In this document: positions 18,621 through 27,365 of the stretch, in pieces
How the letters are laid out: every line of letters starts with the position of its first letter
How positions within the stretch are numbered: the first letter of the stretch is position 1
NCBI GenBank assembly: GCA_002441285.1
Contig: DJVR01000028.1
Coordinates: 2,910-66,909 of the forward strand
Origin: Candidatus Atribacteria bacterium UBA6251
GTDB taxonomy: Bacteria; Atribacterota; Phoenicimicrobiia; Phoenicimicrobiales; Phoenicimicrobiaceae
Direction: 5' to 3'
DNA: 64,000 nucleotides
Position numbers and translations under genes: made by a program
The notes under the pieces: generated by a model
The model's database searches: none
Seen by the model: only the letters and a program-made list of their open reading frames with translations
Told to the model about the DNA's origin: nothing

Positions 18621-20915
18621 ATGTCCCAGTTAAAAATAATTGGTAAACCGATATCTCGGGATGATGCCTGGGCTAAGGCAAAGGGAGAACTTAAATATGC
18701 CGATGATTTTTCTCTTCCAGGAATGTTATATGGCAAAGTTCTTCATAGTAAATATCCAGCTGCAAAAATTATTTCTATTAATACCGAGAAAGCAAAGCAA
18801 TTTTCTGGGGTACGGGCAGTTTTAACCGCTGGCGATGTTCCCCACAATGAAACTGTAACTAGATTTGGACAGAGTTCAGAAGTGGGGAAAGGTTTTGAGG
18901 GTCTATACCGAGTATTAGCAGATAAAAAAGTAAGATTTATGGGAGAAGCAATAGCCTTGTTGGCGGCTGATACCGAAGAGATTGCTGAGGAAGCAATAAA
19001 TCTAATTGAAGTAGAGTATGAACCTCTTCCAGGAGTCTTTGATCCAGTAGAAGCAATGCAGCCCGGTGCTTATTTGGTAGGCGAAGTAGATAGTAATATT
19101 ATTGCTCAATTTGGTTGTGCTCAGGGAGATATTGAGAGAGGATTTAAAGAAGCAGATATAATTATTGAGGATACCTATAAGGTTCCATTTGTTGATCATG
19201 CCTATTTAGAAACAGAAAGCGGTATCGCTTGGATAGATGAAAATAGTGTAATTAATATTCGGGTAGGCTCACAGGTAATTGAACACTTCCGGGATGTTGC
19301 AGATGTTCTAGGTTTACCTCATAATCGGGTTCGTTATCGAGGGACGATGATGGGTGGAGGATTTGGAGGTAAGGAAGATATTACGGTAGAGACTTATTTA
19401 GCTTTACTTACCTGGAAGACTAAAAAACCAGTAAGATTGGTTTATAGTCGAGAAGAATCCATATTGTGTCATAGTAAGAGACATCCTTTTATTATGCATT
19501 ATAAAGTTGGGGCAAAAAAAGATGGGAAACTAGTGGCTTTAGAAGCAGAATTAATTTCTGATGCTGGAGCTTATCCATATTTAAGCCCTTGGGTTAATTT
19601 ATACGCTACAGTAAATGCTGCTGGTCCTTACTGTATTCCTCATATTAAGGTTAATACTTATTGTGTTTTAACTAATAATACTTTTACCAGTGCCAATAGA
19701 GGGTTTGGAGCTCCTCAACCGAATATGGCTTATGAAAGTATAATGGATGAATTAGCTCATCAATTAAGCATAAATCCTTTAGAAATAAGACGAATTAATT
19801 GTCTTACTACCGGGAAAGCCTTATCTACAACTGGTCAGACTTTTAAAACCTATGTTGCCCTTCCTGAGGTAGCAGAAAAGGCTTGGGAAGCACTAGGGAA
19901 TCCCACCAGGATTAAGGACAAGTATAAAAAAGTTGGACAGGGGTTAGCTATCGGTTTGATGAGTTATGGCCGAATGACTTTTCTGCATGATTCTTCTCGT
20001 TGTTACGTTCGATTAGAATCAGATGGTAGTATATTAATCAGATCAGGGATTCCTGATTTAGGCGGTGGTCAGGTCTCCATACTCTGTCAGATTGTAGCAG
20101 AGGAATTAGGAGTACCTATGTCAAAGATAAATATATATTATAGTGATACAGCGCTCACTCCTTTAGCGGGTACTACTACAGCTACACGACAGACTTATAT
20201 GTCCGGTAATGCTGCCCTGAAAGCTGCTCGAGAAATAAAAAAAAGGCTCATCTATAAAGCTGCTCAAATGATGAATGTTCATACTGATAATCTGGATATA
20301 GGGGAAGAAAAGATAATAGTGAAATATAAGCCTTCCCAATATTTACCTTTAATAGAGGCGATTAAGGCCTGTAATGCTGATGGAATTGAATTATTCTGTG
20401 AGGCACAATTCAATGGTCCATTTACCATGACTCCTGATTTATCCAATATTAGGGGTATGATTTTTCCCGATTTTACCTTCGGGGCACAGGCAGTAGAAAT
20501 TGCGGTGGATATAGAAACAGGAGAAGTTGAAGTATTAAAATTAGTTACCTGTTATGATGTAGGTAAGGCAATAAATCCTTTGAGTGTAGAAGGACAAATG
20601 GAAGGCGGTTCGATCTATGGCTTGGGATATGCCCTGATGGAAGAGGTAATCATTAAAGATGGGGTTACCCTTACTCCTTCTTTCTCAGAATATATTATTC
20701 CTACTTCTGCTGATGTACCTGAAGCAAAAGCCATTTTGGTAGAGTCGGGGGGCGGCTTGGGCCCATATGGTGCAAAAGGGATTGGGGAACCAGCCTGCAG
20801 CATTATTGCACCTGCTATTTTAAATGCTATTTATAATGCGGTGGGGGTTAGAATTAAGAGTTTGCCTGCCACTCCGGAAAAAATAATTCGAACCTTAAAA
20901 GGCCAGTTTAATTAA
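18621..20915 (+). CDS. Xanthine dehydrogenase-family molybdopterin-binding large subunit (set 2)
   Basis: About 764 aa. GKPISRDDAWAKAKGELKYADDFSLPGMLYGKVLHSKYPAAKI, GGGFGGKED, C-terminal GPYGAKGIGEPA. ATG 18621 is better placed after AGGAAGG than the listed GTG 18612. Confidence 0.85.
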   Translation: MSQLKIIGKPISRDDAWAKAKGELKYADDFSLPGMLYGKVLHSKYPAAKIISINTEKAKQFSGVRAVLTAGDVPHNETVTRFGQSSEVGKGFEGLYRVLADKKVRFMGEAIALLAADTEEIAEEAINLIEVEYEPLPGVFDPVEAMQPGAYLVGEVDSNIIAQFGCAQGDIERGFKEADIIIEDTYKVPFVDHAYLETESGIAWIDENSVINIRVGSQVIEHFRDVADVLGLPHNRVRYRGTMMGGGFGGKEDITVETYLALLTWKTKKPVRLVYSREESILCHSKRHPFIMHYKVGAKKDGKLVALEAELISDAGAYPYLSPWVNLYATVNAAGPYCIPHIKVNTYCVLTNNTFTSANRGFGAPQPNMAYESIMDELAHQLSINPLEIRRINCLTTGKALSTTGQTFKTYVALPEVAEKAWEALGNPTRIKDKYKKVGQGLAIGLMSYGRMTFLHDSSRCYVRLESDGSILIRSGIPDLGGGQVSILCQIVAEELGVPMSKINIYYSDTALTPLAGTTTATRQTYMSGNAALKAAREIKKRLIYKAAQMMNVHTDNLDIGEEKIIVKYKPSQYLPLIEAIKACNADGIELFCEAQFNGPFTMTPDLSNIRGMIFPDFTFGAQAVEIAVDIETGEVEVLKLVTCYDVGKAINPLSVEGQMEGGSIYGLGYALMEEVIIKDGVTLTPSFSEYIIPTSADVPEAKAILVESGGGLGPYGAKGIGEPACSIIAPAILNAIYNAVGVRIKSLPATPEKIIRTLKGQFN

Positions 20916-20945
20916 AATTGCTTTTTCTTGCTGAGGGGAAAGAAG

Positions 20946-21752
20946 ATGAAAATTTCCAAAGCTTTAGAATTAAAAGAAAGGGCTTTTATCTCCTTAATAG
21001 GTGCAGGAGGGAAAAGTGCTATTTTCCGATCATTAGCAGAAGAATTAATTCAAGAAAATAGTCATATCATTCTTACTACTACTACCAAAATGTATACCTG
21101 GCAATTAGATCCTTTTATAAAAAAGGGAAAATTAATTGAGGGTAATAACAAAGAACCTATGCGACTATCTCTAGAAAAATATTTTTCTTACAGAAGAAAA
21201 GAAGGAAATTTGGCCATAGTAGTAGGAAATAGAGAAAATGATCTGGGTGAAGAGAAGTTTTTTGGATTAGTACCTGACTGGTTAGATTGTTGGTGGGAAA
21301 GAAAGATAGCGGAATATTTTTTAGTAGAAGCAGATGGGGCAAAGGGTAGGTCGATTAAAGCTCCTTCTTCTAATGAACCAGTTATTCCGTCGTCTACTAC
21401 TCATTTAATCGGAGTTATAGGGGTTGATGTGGTAGGTCTTTCTTTGGAGGAGAAAAATGTTTTTCGTTCCCAGCTTTTTTCCCAGTTAATCGGGATTAAA
21501 TTAGGAGAAAAATTGAATCTGGAACATTTATCTCGCTTTATTTGTCATCCCGAGGGCTTATTTAAAATAGTCCCTGAAAATTGTTTAGTCCACCTTTTTA
21601 TCAACAAAGTTGAAGAGGAAAAAGATCTAAAAATTGCCGAAGAATTAGCCTTTGAAGTTTTAAAACTTTGTCCTCAAAAGATTACCAGTATAATTATTGG
21701 AGCTGCCCATCAATCGGAAGTAGTTAAAACATTAATTAAAAGGATAGATTAG
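20946..21752 (+). CDS. yqeC: Selenium-dependent hydroxylase accessory protein YqeC family
   Basis: ISLIGAGGKSAIFRSLAEEL...IILTTTTKMY matches the YqeC P-loop-like signature (E. coli YqeC: VIALVGAGGKTT...VLVTTTTHM). I prefer ATG 20946 after GAGGGGAAAG over the listed TTG 20928. Confidence 0.75.
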   Translation: MKISKALELKERAFISLIGAGGKSAIFRSLAEELIQENSHIILTTTTKMYTWQLDPFIKKGKLIEGNNKEPMRLSLEKYFSYRRKEGNLAIVVGNRENDLGEEKFFGLVPDWLDCWWERKIAEYFLVEADGAKGRSIKAPSSNEPVIPSSTTHLIGVIGVDVVGLSLEEKNVFRSQLFSQLIGIKLGEKLNLEHLSRFICHPEGLFKIVPENCLVHLFINKVEEEKDLKIAEELAFEVLKLCPQKITSIIIGAAHQSEVVKTLIKRID

Positions 21753-21754
21753 GA

Positions 21755-22369
21755 ATGATCTATGGAATAATTTTAGCAGCAGGAGAGGCTAAGAGAATGG
21801 GAGAAGTTAAATTAACTCTTCCTCTGGGAGATAAAAAAATAATTGAATGGGTTTTGCTTGCAGTAAAGTTTGCTCCCTTAGATAAATATTATCTGGTAGT
21901 TCGTCCTACGGATGAGGAAATTATCGAGATAGGTAAGAAATGGGGAGCAAAAATAATAGTTAATCCAGAATATAAAACTGGAATGAGTAGCTCAATTAGA
22001 AAGGCAATAACTAAGATTTCTCCGGAAAATTTAGAAGGTTTTTTTATTATTTTAGCTGATCAGCCTTTTATTAATTCATCATTATTTTATAAGATGCTCA
22101 AGTTATTTACTCCCGGTCAAAGAGAAATAATCGTCCCTTTTTATCAGGAACAACCGAGAAATCCAGTATTTTTTGATGGATATTGGAGAGATGAATTATT
22201 AAAGATTTCAGGTGATGTGGGGGGTAAGACTCTAATTAAGGCTAATCCTGAAAAGATAAAAAGGTTTAAAGTAAATCAAGAATATGTATTCTTTGATATT
22301 GATGTGCAAAAAGATTATGAAGAAGCAAAAGCTATTTTTACCTTTCTTCATAAAAAGGGAAAGATATAA
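21755..22369 (+). CDS. MobA/MocA-like molybdenum cofactor nucleotidyltransferase
   Basis: 204 aa. The N-terminal IILAAGEAKRMG... nucleotidyl-transferase motif and LADQPF are typical of MocA/MobA-like NTP transferases. Confidence 0.8.
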   Translation: MIYGIILAAGEAKRMGEVKLTLPLGDKKIIEWVLLAVKFAPLDKYYLVVRPTDEEIIEIGKKWGAKIIVNPEYKTGMSSSIRKAITKISPENLEGFFIILADQPFINSSLFYKMLKLFTPGQREIIVPFYQEQPRNPVFFDGYWRDELLKISGDVGGKTLIKANPEKIKRFKVNQEYVFFDIDVQKDYEEAKAIFTFLHKKGKI

Positions 22370-23172
22370 TGAAAATCAATAATCTATTAGTGGTTATGCG
22401 GGGCGGAGGAGACTTAGCCACCGGGGTGGCGGAAAGACTTTTTCGAGCAGGATTTGCCATAGTGATTTTGGAGATAGAAAAACCCACTGCCATTCGTCTT
22501 CCGGTTTCTTTTGCCCGAGCGGTTTACGAAGGTAGGGCAATAGTGGAGGGGATAGAAGCAATTTTAGTTCCCTCCTGGGGAAAAGTTAAAGTAATTATTG
22601 AGCAGAAAAAAATCCCAGTTTTAATAGATCCCCAAGCTGTATGTATAGAAAAACTTTCCCCTCAAGTTTTAATAGATGCCATCTTGGCTAAACGTAATTT
22701 GGGCACCAGGATTAACCAGGCTCCTCTGGTAATTGGATTAGGCCCTGGTTTTGTTGCAGGGGAAGATGTAGATGTGGTAATAGAAACTATGCGAGGTCAT
22801 AACTTAGGTAGAGTCTATTATCGTGGACAAGCCATACCTAATACCGGTATCCCTGGAGAGGTAGGAGGGGAATCATTAAGAAGATTATTGCAAGCTCCAG
22901 TAGAGGGAAGAATTATACCTATACGCAAAATTGGAGATTTAGTTAAAGAAGGGGAAGAAGTTGCGAAAGTCGGAGAAACTCCTGTAATTGCTCAGATATC
23001 CGGGGTACTACGGGGGTTAATATATCCTCAGAGTTGGGTAAAGAAAGGAATGAAGGTAGGAGATATTGATCCAAGAGGGGTTAAAGATTATTGTTTTACC
23101 ATTTCAGATAAAGCCCGTTCTATAGGAGGAGGAGTACTGGAAGCAATTTGTGCTTATTTAAATAGTAGATAA
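22369..23172 (+). CDS. yqeB: Selenium-dependent molybdenum hydroxylase system protein, YqeB/EF2563 family
   Basis: 267 aa. LVVMRGGGDLATGVAERLFRAGFAIVILEIEKPTAIR matches my recollection of the YqeB-family N-terminus. Translationally coupled (TAATG) to the previous gene. Confidence 0.7.
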   Translation: MKINNLLVVMRGGGDLATGVAERLFRAGFAIVILEIEKPTAIRLPVSFARAVYEGRAIVEGIEAILVPSWGKVKVIIEQKKIPVLIDPQAVCIEKLSPQVLIDAILAKRNLGTRINQAPLVIGLGPGFVAGEDVDVVIETMRGHNLGRVYYRGQAIPNTGIPGEVGGESLRRLLQAPVEGRIIPIRKIGDLVKEGEEVAKVGETPVIAQISGVLRGLIYPQSWVKKGMKVGDIDPRGVKDYCFTISDKARSIGGGVLEAICAYLNSR

Positions 23173-23369
23173 TTATAGAGTTTTATTTTGAAAAATATAA
23201 AAAAATAAAAAAAGTGTATACTAAATTTGAAGGAAAGAATAAAAAAGAATAAATAAAATTTTAATCTGGGAATTTATTAAATAATCTGCAGGGAATTATT
23301 TTTTTATTACGGGTTATATTAATATTAGAATAACCCTTGAAGATTGTTATTTTTGAGGAGGGTTATGAA

Positions 23370-24149
23370 ATGACAGAGATATTAAAAGAAGCCTTAAAGA
23401 GAATAGAGCAGGGTGAAAATGTTGCCCTGGTTACGATAATTGAAACCAGAGGTTCTACTCCTCGTGAAGCTGGTTCGAAGATATTAGTAGGGAAAGATGG
23501 TTTAATAATGGGCACTATTGGGGGCGGAATAACTGAAGCTAAAGTTATCGAAGAAGCAAAAAAATCTTTACAGGAAAGAAAGAGTAAAATCTTAAACTAT
23601 TCTTTAACCAGGAAAGCTGCTGCTTTAGAAGCAGGAGCTATTTGTGGGGGAGAAATGAAATTGTTTATAGATATTCTTAATCCCAAAGAAAAGATAATTA
23701 TTTTTGGCGCAGGGCATATTTCTATTTTTGTCGCAAAACTCGCTAAGATTTTAGGTTTTAATGTAACTGTAGTGGATGAACGAGAAGAATTTGCCAACCA
23801 GGATAGATTCCCGGGTATAGACTGTATATTAGTTAAAGAAGTACAGGATGCCCTTAAAGATTTAGATATTAATTCTTCTACTTATATTGTTATTATTACT
23901 CGTGGTCATTTAATGGATGAAGAAGTGCTGGGTTCAGTGATAGGAACTGAGGCTAAATATATAGGAATGATTGGCAGTAAAAAGAAGAATCAGACCATCT
24001 TTCAACATTTAAAAGAAAAGGGGATAGCTGAAAAAGAGTTGGAAAAAGTTTATGCACCTATTGGATTAGATATAGGAGCACAGACTCCTGAGGAGATTGC
24101 AGTTAGTATTATGGCAGAAATTATTCAGGTAAGGAGAAAAGAAGTTTAA
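23370..24149 (+). CDS. xdhC: XdhC/CoxI family molybdoenzyme maturation factor
   Basis: ALVTIIETRGSTPREAGSKILV...GTIGGG (XdhC N-domain) and IIIFGAGHISIFVAKLAKILGFNVTVVDER (Rossmann domain). ATG 23370 follows GAGGAGGG. Confidence 0.85.
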   Translation: MTEILKEALKRIEQGENVALVTIIETRGSTPREAGSKILVGKDGLIMGTIGGGITEAKVIEEAKKSLQERKSKILNYSLTRKAAALEAGAICGGEMKLFIDILNPKEKIIIFGAGHISIFVAKLAKILGFNVTVVDEREEFANQDRFPGIDCILVKEVQDALKDLDINSSTYIVIITRGHLMDEEVLGSVIGTEAKYIGMIGSKKKNQTIFQHLKEKGIAEKELEKVYAPIGLDIGAQTPEEIAVSIMAEIIQVRRKEV

Positions 24150-24169
24150 ATACCAAGGAGTGTAAAAGT

Positions 24170-25261
24170 ATGTGGGAAAAATTTTTAAAGTCTAGAAAGC
24201 AGATTATTTTTACCGGGGTTTTTATTGGAGTTTTTGCTGCTCTCTTACAAAGGTGGGGGAATCCACCTAATATGGGAATCTGTGTAGCTTGTATGCTCCG
24301 TGATATTAGCGGTGCTCTGGGTTTGCATAGGGTAGGAGTAGTACAATACCTTCGTCCAGAAATTATAGGTTTCGTCCTGGGATCTTTAATATCTGCCTTA
24401 GCCTATAAGGAGTTTAAGCCTCGGGGAGGTTCTGCCCCAATTATCCGCTTCATTTTGGGTTTTTGGGCTATGGTAGGTGCACTGGTTTTTTTAGGCTGTC
24501 CCTGGAGGACACTGCTTCGTTTAGCTGGTGGAGATGCCAATGCTTTCTTTGGTTTAGCTGGATTAGTAGTAGGAATTTGGATAGGAGTTTTTTTTCTTAA
24601 AGCAGGATATAACCTGGGAAGATATCAAAGAAGTTCCTCTTTCATTGGATGGATAATGCCAGTAATAATGGTGGGAATTTTATTATTACTGATTTTTAAA
24701 CCACATTTACCTTCGGGAGTTGTATTCTTTAGTATTCAAGGACCGGGCTCACAGCATGCTCCAATCTTTCTTGCTTTATTGATAGCTATGGTAATAGGAT
24801 TTTTGGCTCAAAGAACTAGATTTTGTACCGTTGCTGCAGTGCGGGATATAATTATCATTAAAGACACATATCTATTTACCGGGGTAATGAGTCTATTATT
24901 AGCTGCTTTGATTAGTAATCTTATTTTAGGACAATTTAATTTTGGCTTTCAGGACCAGCCTATTGCCCATAATAATCAATTGTGGAATTTTGGGGGGATG
25001 GTTTTGGCAGGTTTAGCCTTTACTTTAGCTGGGGGATGCCCAGGACGTCAGTTGTTTCTTTCTGGTGAAGGTGATGCAGATGCAACTATTTTTGTTATAG
25101 GAATGATTATAGGTGCTGGTTTTGCCCATAATTTTGATTTAACTAGTTCCCCTAATGGTCCAGGAAGATGGGGGCCGGCTGCAGTTATTATCGGATTGAT
25201 TATTTGTATGATTATCGGGTTTAGTATGAGCGACCAGTTTAGAAAAAAGAGGGAGGCATAA
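24170..25261 (+). CDS. yedE: YedE/FdhT family membrane protein (putative selenium/sulfur compound transporter)
   Basis: 363 aa, polytopic. Conserved Cys motifs GICVACMLRD and GGCPGRQL are typical of YedE/YeeE. Confidence 0.8.
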   Translation: MWEKFLKSRKQIIFTGVFIGVFAALLQRWGNPPNMGICVACMLRDISGALGLHRVGVVQYLRPEIIGFVLGSLISALAYKEFKPRGGSAPIIRFILGFWAMVGALVFLGCPWRTLLRLAGGDANAFFGLAGLVVGIWIGVFFLKAGYNLGRYQRSSSFIGWIMPVIMVGILLLLIFKPHLPSGVVFFSIQGPGSQHAPIFLALLIAMVIGFLAQRTRFCTVAAVRDIIIIKDTYLFTGVMSLLLAALISNLILGQFNFGFQDQPIAHNNQLWNFGGMVLAGLAFTLAGGCPGRQLFLSGEGDADATIFVIGMIIGAGFAHNFDLTSSPNGPGRWGPAAVIIGLIICMIIGFSMSDQFRKKREA

Positions 25262-25266
25262 TTTTT

Positions 25267-25503
25267 ATGATCGAAAAAATAGATGTAAGGGGACTCTCTT
25301 GCCCTCTTCCGGTAGTAGAAGTTAGAAAAAGATTATTGGCAGTAAATGAAGGGATGTTTGAAGTTTTAGGAGATTCTGGAACCGCTAAAGATAATCTTGT
25401 TAGGATGGCAACTAATATAGGATGGAAAGTAGAGTATAAAGATTGCGGAGAAGAATTTATTCTCTATATTTCGAAAGAAAGACAAACTAAGGAGAAAATA
25501 TGA
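25267..25503 (+). CDS. yedF: TusA/SirA-like sulfur(selenium)-carrier protein, YedF family
   Basis: 78 aa. The DVRGLSCPLPVVEVRK motif (CPxP) defines the TusA/YedF family. It lies directly after yedE, as in the known yedEF pair. Confidence 0.8.
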   Translation: MIEKIDVRGLSCPLPVVEVRKRLLAVNEGMFEVLGDSGTAKDNLVRMATNIGWKVEYKDCGEEFILYISKERQTKEKI

Positions 25504-26663
25504 TTTATCTGGATAATGCCGCTACTTCTTATCCAAAACCAAAAAGAGTAGAGCAAGCGATGGTTAATTTTATGAATAATATTGGCGCTAGCCCTGGACG
25601 TTCTGCTCATCGACTTTCACAGGAAGCTGGTCGTCTAATTTATCAGACGCGAGAAAATTTAGCACAATTATTTAAGGTAAATGATCCTTTGCGAATTATC
25701 TTTACTTTAAATATTACCGAAGCCTTAAATCTTGCTTTACAGGGAATATTGGTTCCAGGTGACGGGGTAATTACCAGTAGTATGGAGCATAATTCAGTTA
25801 TGCGACCCTTGCGAGATTTAGAGAGAAAAGGGGTAAAGGTTGAAATTATTCCCTGTTCTTCTCGGGGCGAATTTGATCCTGAAAGTATAAAAAAAAGAAT
25901 AAAAAAGAATACTAAACTGATTGTGATAAATCATGGCTCTAATGTTATTGGCAGTATTTTACCAATTTGTCAAATAGGAGAAATAGCTCGGAAGCACGGA
26001 ATTCTTTTTTTGGTAGATACTGCCCAGACCGCTGGTTGTTACCCTTTAGATATGGAAAAAGATAAAATAGATCTTTTAGCATTTACTGGACATAAAGCCT
26101 TATTTGGTCCATCCGGAACAGGGGGATTAATTTTTGGAGAGAGAGTAAATATTAAAAAATTAATTCCTTTAAAAAGGGGAGGAACAGGGAGTTGGTCAGA
26201 ATTTGAAGAACAACCTGATTTTTTACCAGATAAATATGAAAGTGGTACTCTTAATGCAGTTGGTATAGCTGGCTTAAATGAAGGGGTAAAGTTTATTTTA
26301 CAAGAAGGTGTAGATAAGATTCATCGCTATGAACTCCTACTAACCCAGAAGTTGATCGAGGGTTTGAAAAATATTCCTGAAGCTATTGTTTACGGAGCAG
26401 AAAAAAGAGAAGATAGGGTTGCAGTAGTTTCTTTCAATATTCAAAAGAGGCTGCCTTCTGAAATAGGACTGAAATTAGACGAAGAATATGGAATTATGTG
26501 TAGGATTGGTCTTCACTGTTCCCCGGCTAGCCATAAGACCATTGGTACCTTCCCGATGGGGAGTGTTAGATTTAGTTTAAGTTATTTTAATCAGTGGGAA
26601 GAGATTGAACAAGCTCTTGAAGCAGTGAAAAAAATAGCTAAAGAGGGAAGGAAATTAAAATAA
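25500..26663 (+). CDS. Class V aminotransferase: cysteine desulfurase / selenocysteine lyase-like
   Basis: 387 aa. IYLDNAATSYPKP..., FTGHKALFGPSGTGGL (PLP-lysine region), C-terminal RIGLHCSPASH. ATGA overlap with yedF. Confidence 0.8.
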   Translation: MIYLDNAATSYPKPKRVEQAMVNFMNNIGASPGRSAHRLSQEAGRLIYQTRENLAQLFKVNDPLRIIFTLNITEALNLALQGILVPGDGVITSSMEHNSVMRPLRDLERKGVKVEIIPCSSRGEFDPESIKKRIKKNTKLIVINHGSNVIGSILPICQIGEIARKHGILFLVDTAQTAGCYPLDMEKDKIDLLAFTGHKALFGPSGTGGLIFGERVNIKKLIPLKRGGTGSWSEFEEQPDFLPDKYESGTLNAVGIAGLNEGVKFILQEGVDKIHRYELLLTQKLIEGLKNIPEAIVYGAEKREDRVAVVSFNIQKRLPSEIGLKLDEEYGIMCRIGLHCSPASHKTIGTFPMGSVRFSLSYFNQWEEIEQALEAVKKIAKEGRKLK

Positions 26664-26665
26664 AG

Positions 26666-26896
26666 ATGAATAAGAGTGAAGAGTACAGGGTAGTATTATT
26701 TTATTCCACCAGTGCAGCTATAAAAGCGGAGAGTTTAGCTAAAAAAGAGAATCTGGTTGTAAAGCTCATTCCGGTTCCTCGAAATTTAAGCTCTGATTGT
26801 GGTATTTGTTTGCTCTTTCGTAGTCAAGATAAACTTGTTATTGAAGATTTACTAAATAGGGGTAAGATAGAATATGAGAATATTTACCCGATATGA
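26666..26896 (+). CDS. DUF3343-family small protein (putative S/Se carrier)
   Basis: 76 aa. YSTSAAIKAESLAKKENLVVKLIPVPRNLSSDCGICL resembles the DUF3343 pattern, which co-occurs with yedE/yedF-type genes. Confidence 0.6.
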   Translation: MNKSEEYRVVLFYSTSAAIKAESLAKKENLVVKLIPVPRNLSSDCGICLLFRSQDKLVIEDLLNRGKIEYENIYPI

Positions 26897-26938
26897 GTTT
26901 TTTGAGTTTACCATATTTTAGCCTTAAGTAGGAGAGAG

Positions 26939-27280
26939 GTGGTAAATTTGAAGTTACGCTATAAGATCTGGATCGAAAATAATGGGGGGAAAGCCTTTGG
27001 GAATGGACCTCAGGATATCCTCCATCGTATTGAGCGGACCGGCTCATTGAGGCAGGCAGCAAAAGAAATAAAAATGTCTTATTCACAAGCCTGGAATTTG
27101 ATCAGGCTTTTAGAAAAAAGGTTAGGAATTACCCTTTTAAAACGAATCGTGGGAGGGAAGAATGGCGGAGGTTCAGAACTTACCGATGAAGCAAGAGAAT
27201 TGATGAACAGATTTGAAAAATTTCATCAACAAGCCGAGCAAGATTTAAATAATTTGTACCAAAAGATTTTTTTAAAGTAA
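26939..27280 (+). CDS. ModE N-terminal-domain-like winged-helix regulator (no Mop domains)
   Basis: 113 aa. FGNGPQDILHRIERTGSLRQAAKEIKMSYSQAWNLIRLLEKRLGITLL...GGKNGGGSELTDEAREL is the ModE/LysR-type HTH pattern. Confidence 0.7.
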   Translation: MVNLKLRYKIWIENNGGKAFGNGPQDILHRIERTGSLRQAAKEIKMSYSQAWNLIRLLEKRLGITLLKRIVGGKNGGGSELTDEARELMNRFEKFHQQAEQDLNNLYQKIFLK

Positions 27281-27365
27281 TTTTTTCTTGCCTTCGTTAT
27301 ATTAATATAAATATAATGATAAAGATTTCAGGTAAGTAGTTTCGATTGAATAAGAAGGAGGTATT

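Noticed and set aside
13090-26896. Selenocysteine (in-frame TGA) recoding in the molybdoenzymes or the selenium-handling genes.
   Set aside because: All these ORFs are continuous without an internal TGA, and no adjacent ORF pairs are split by TGA in the same frame. The selenium link here is to the labile-Se cofactor model, not to Sec.
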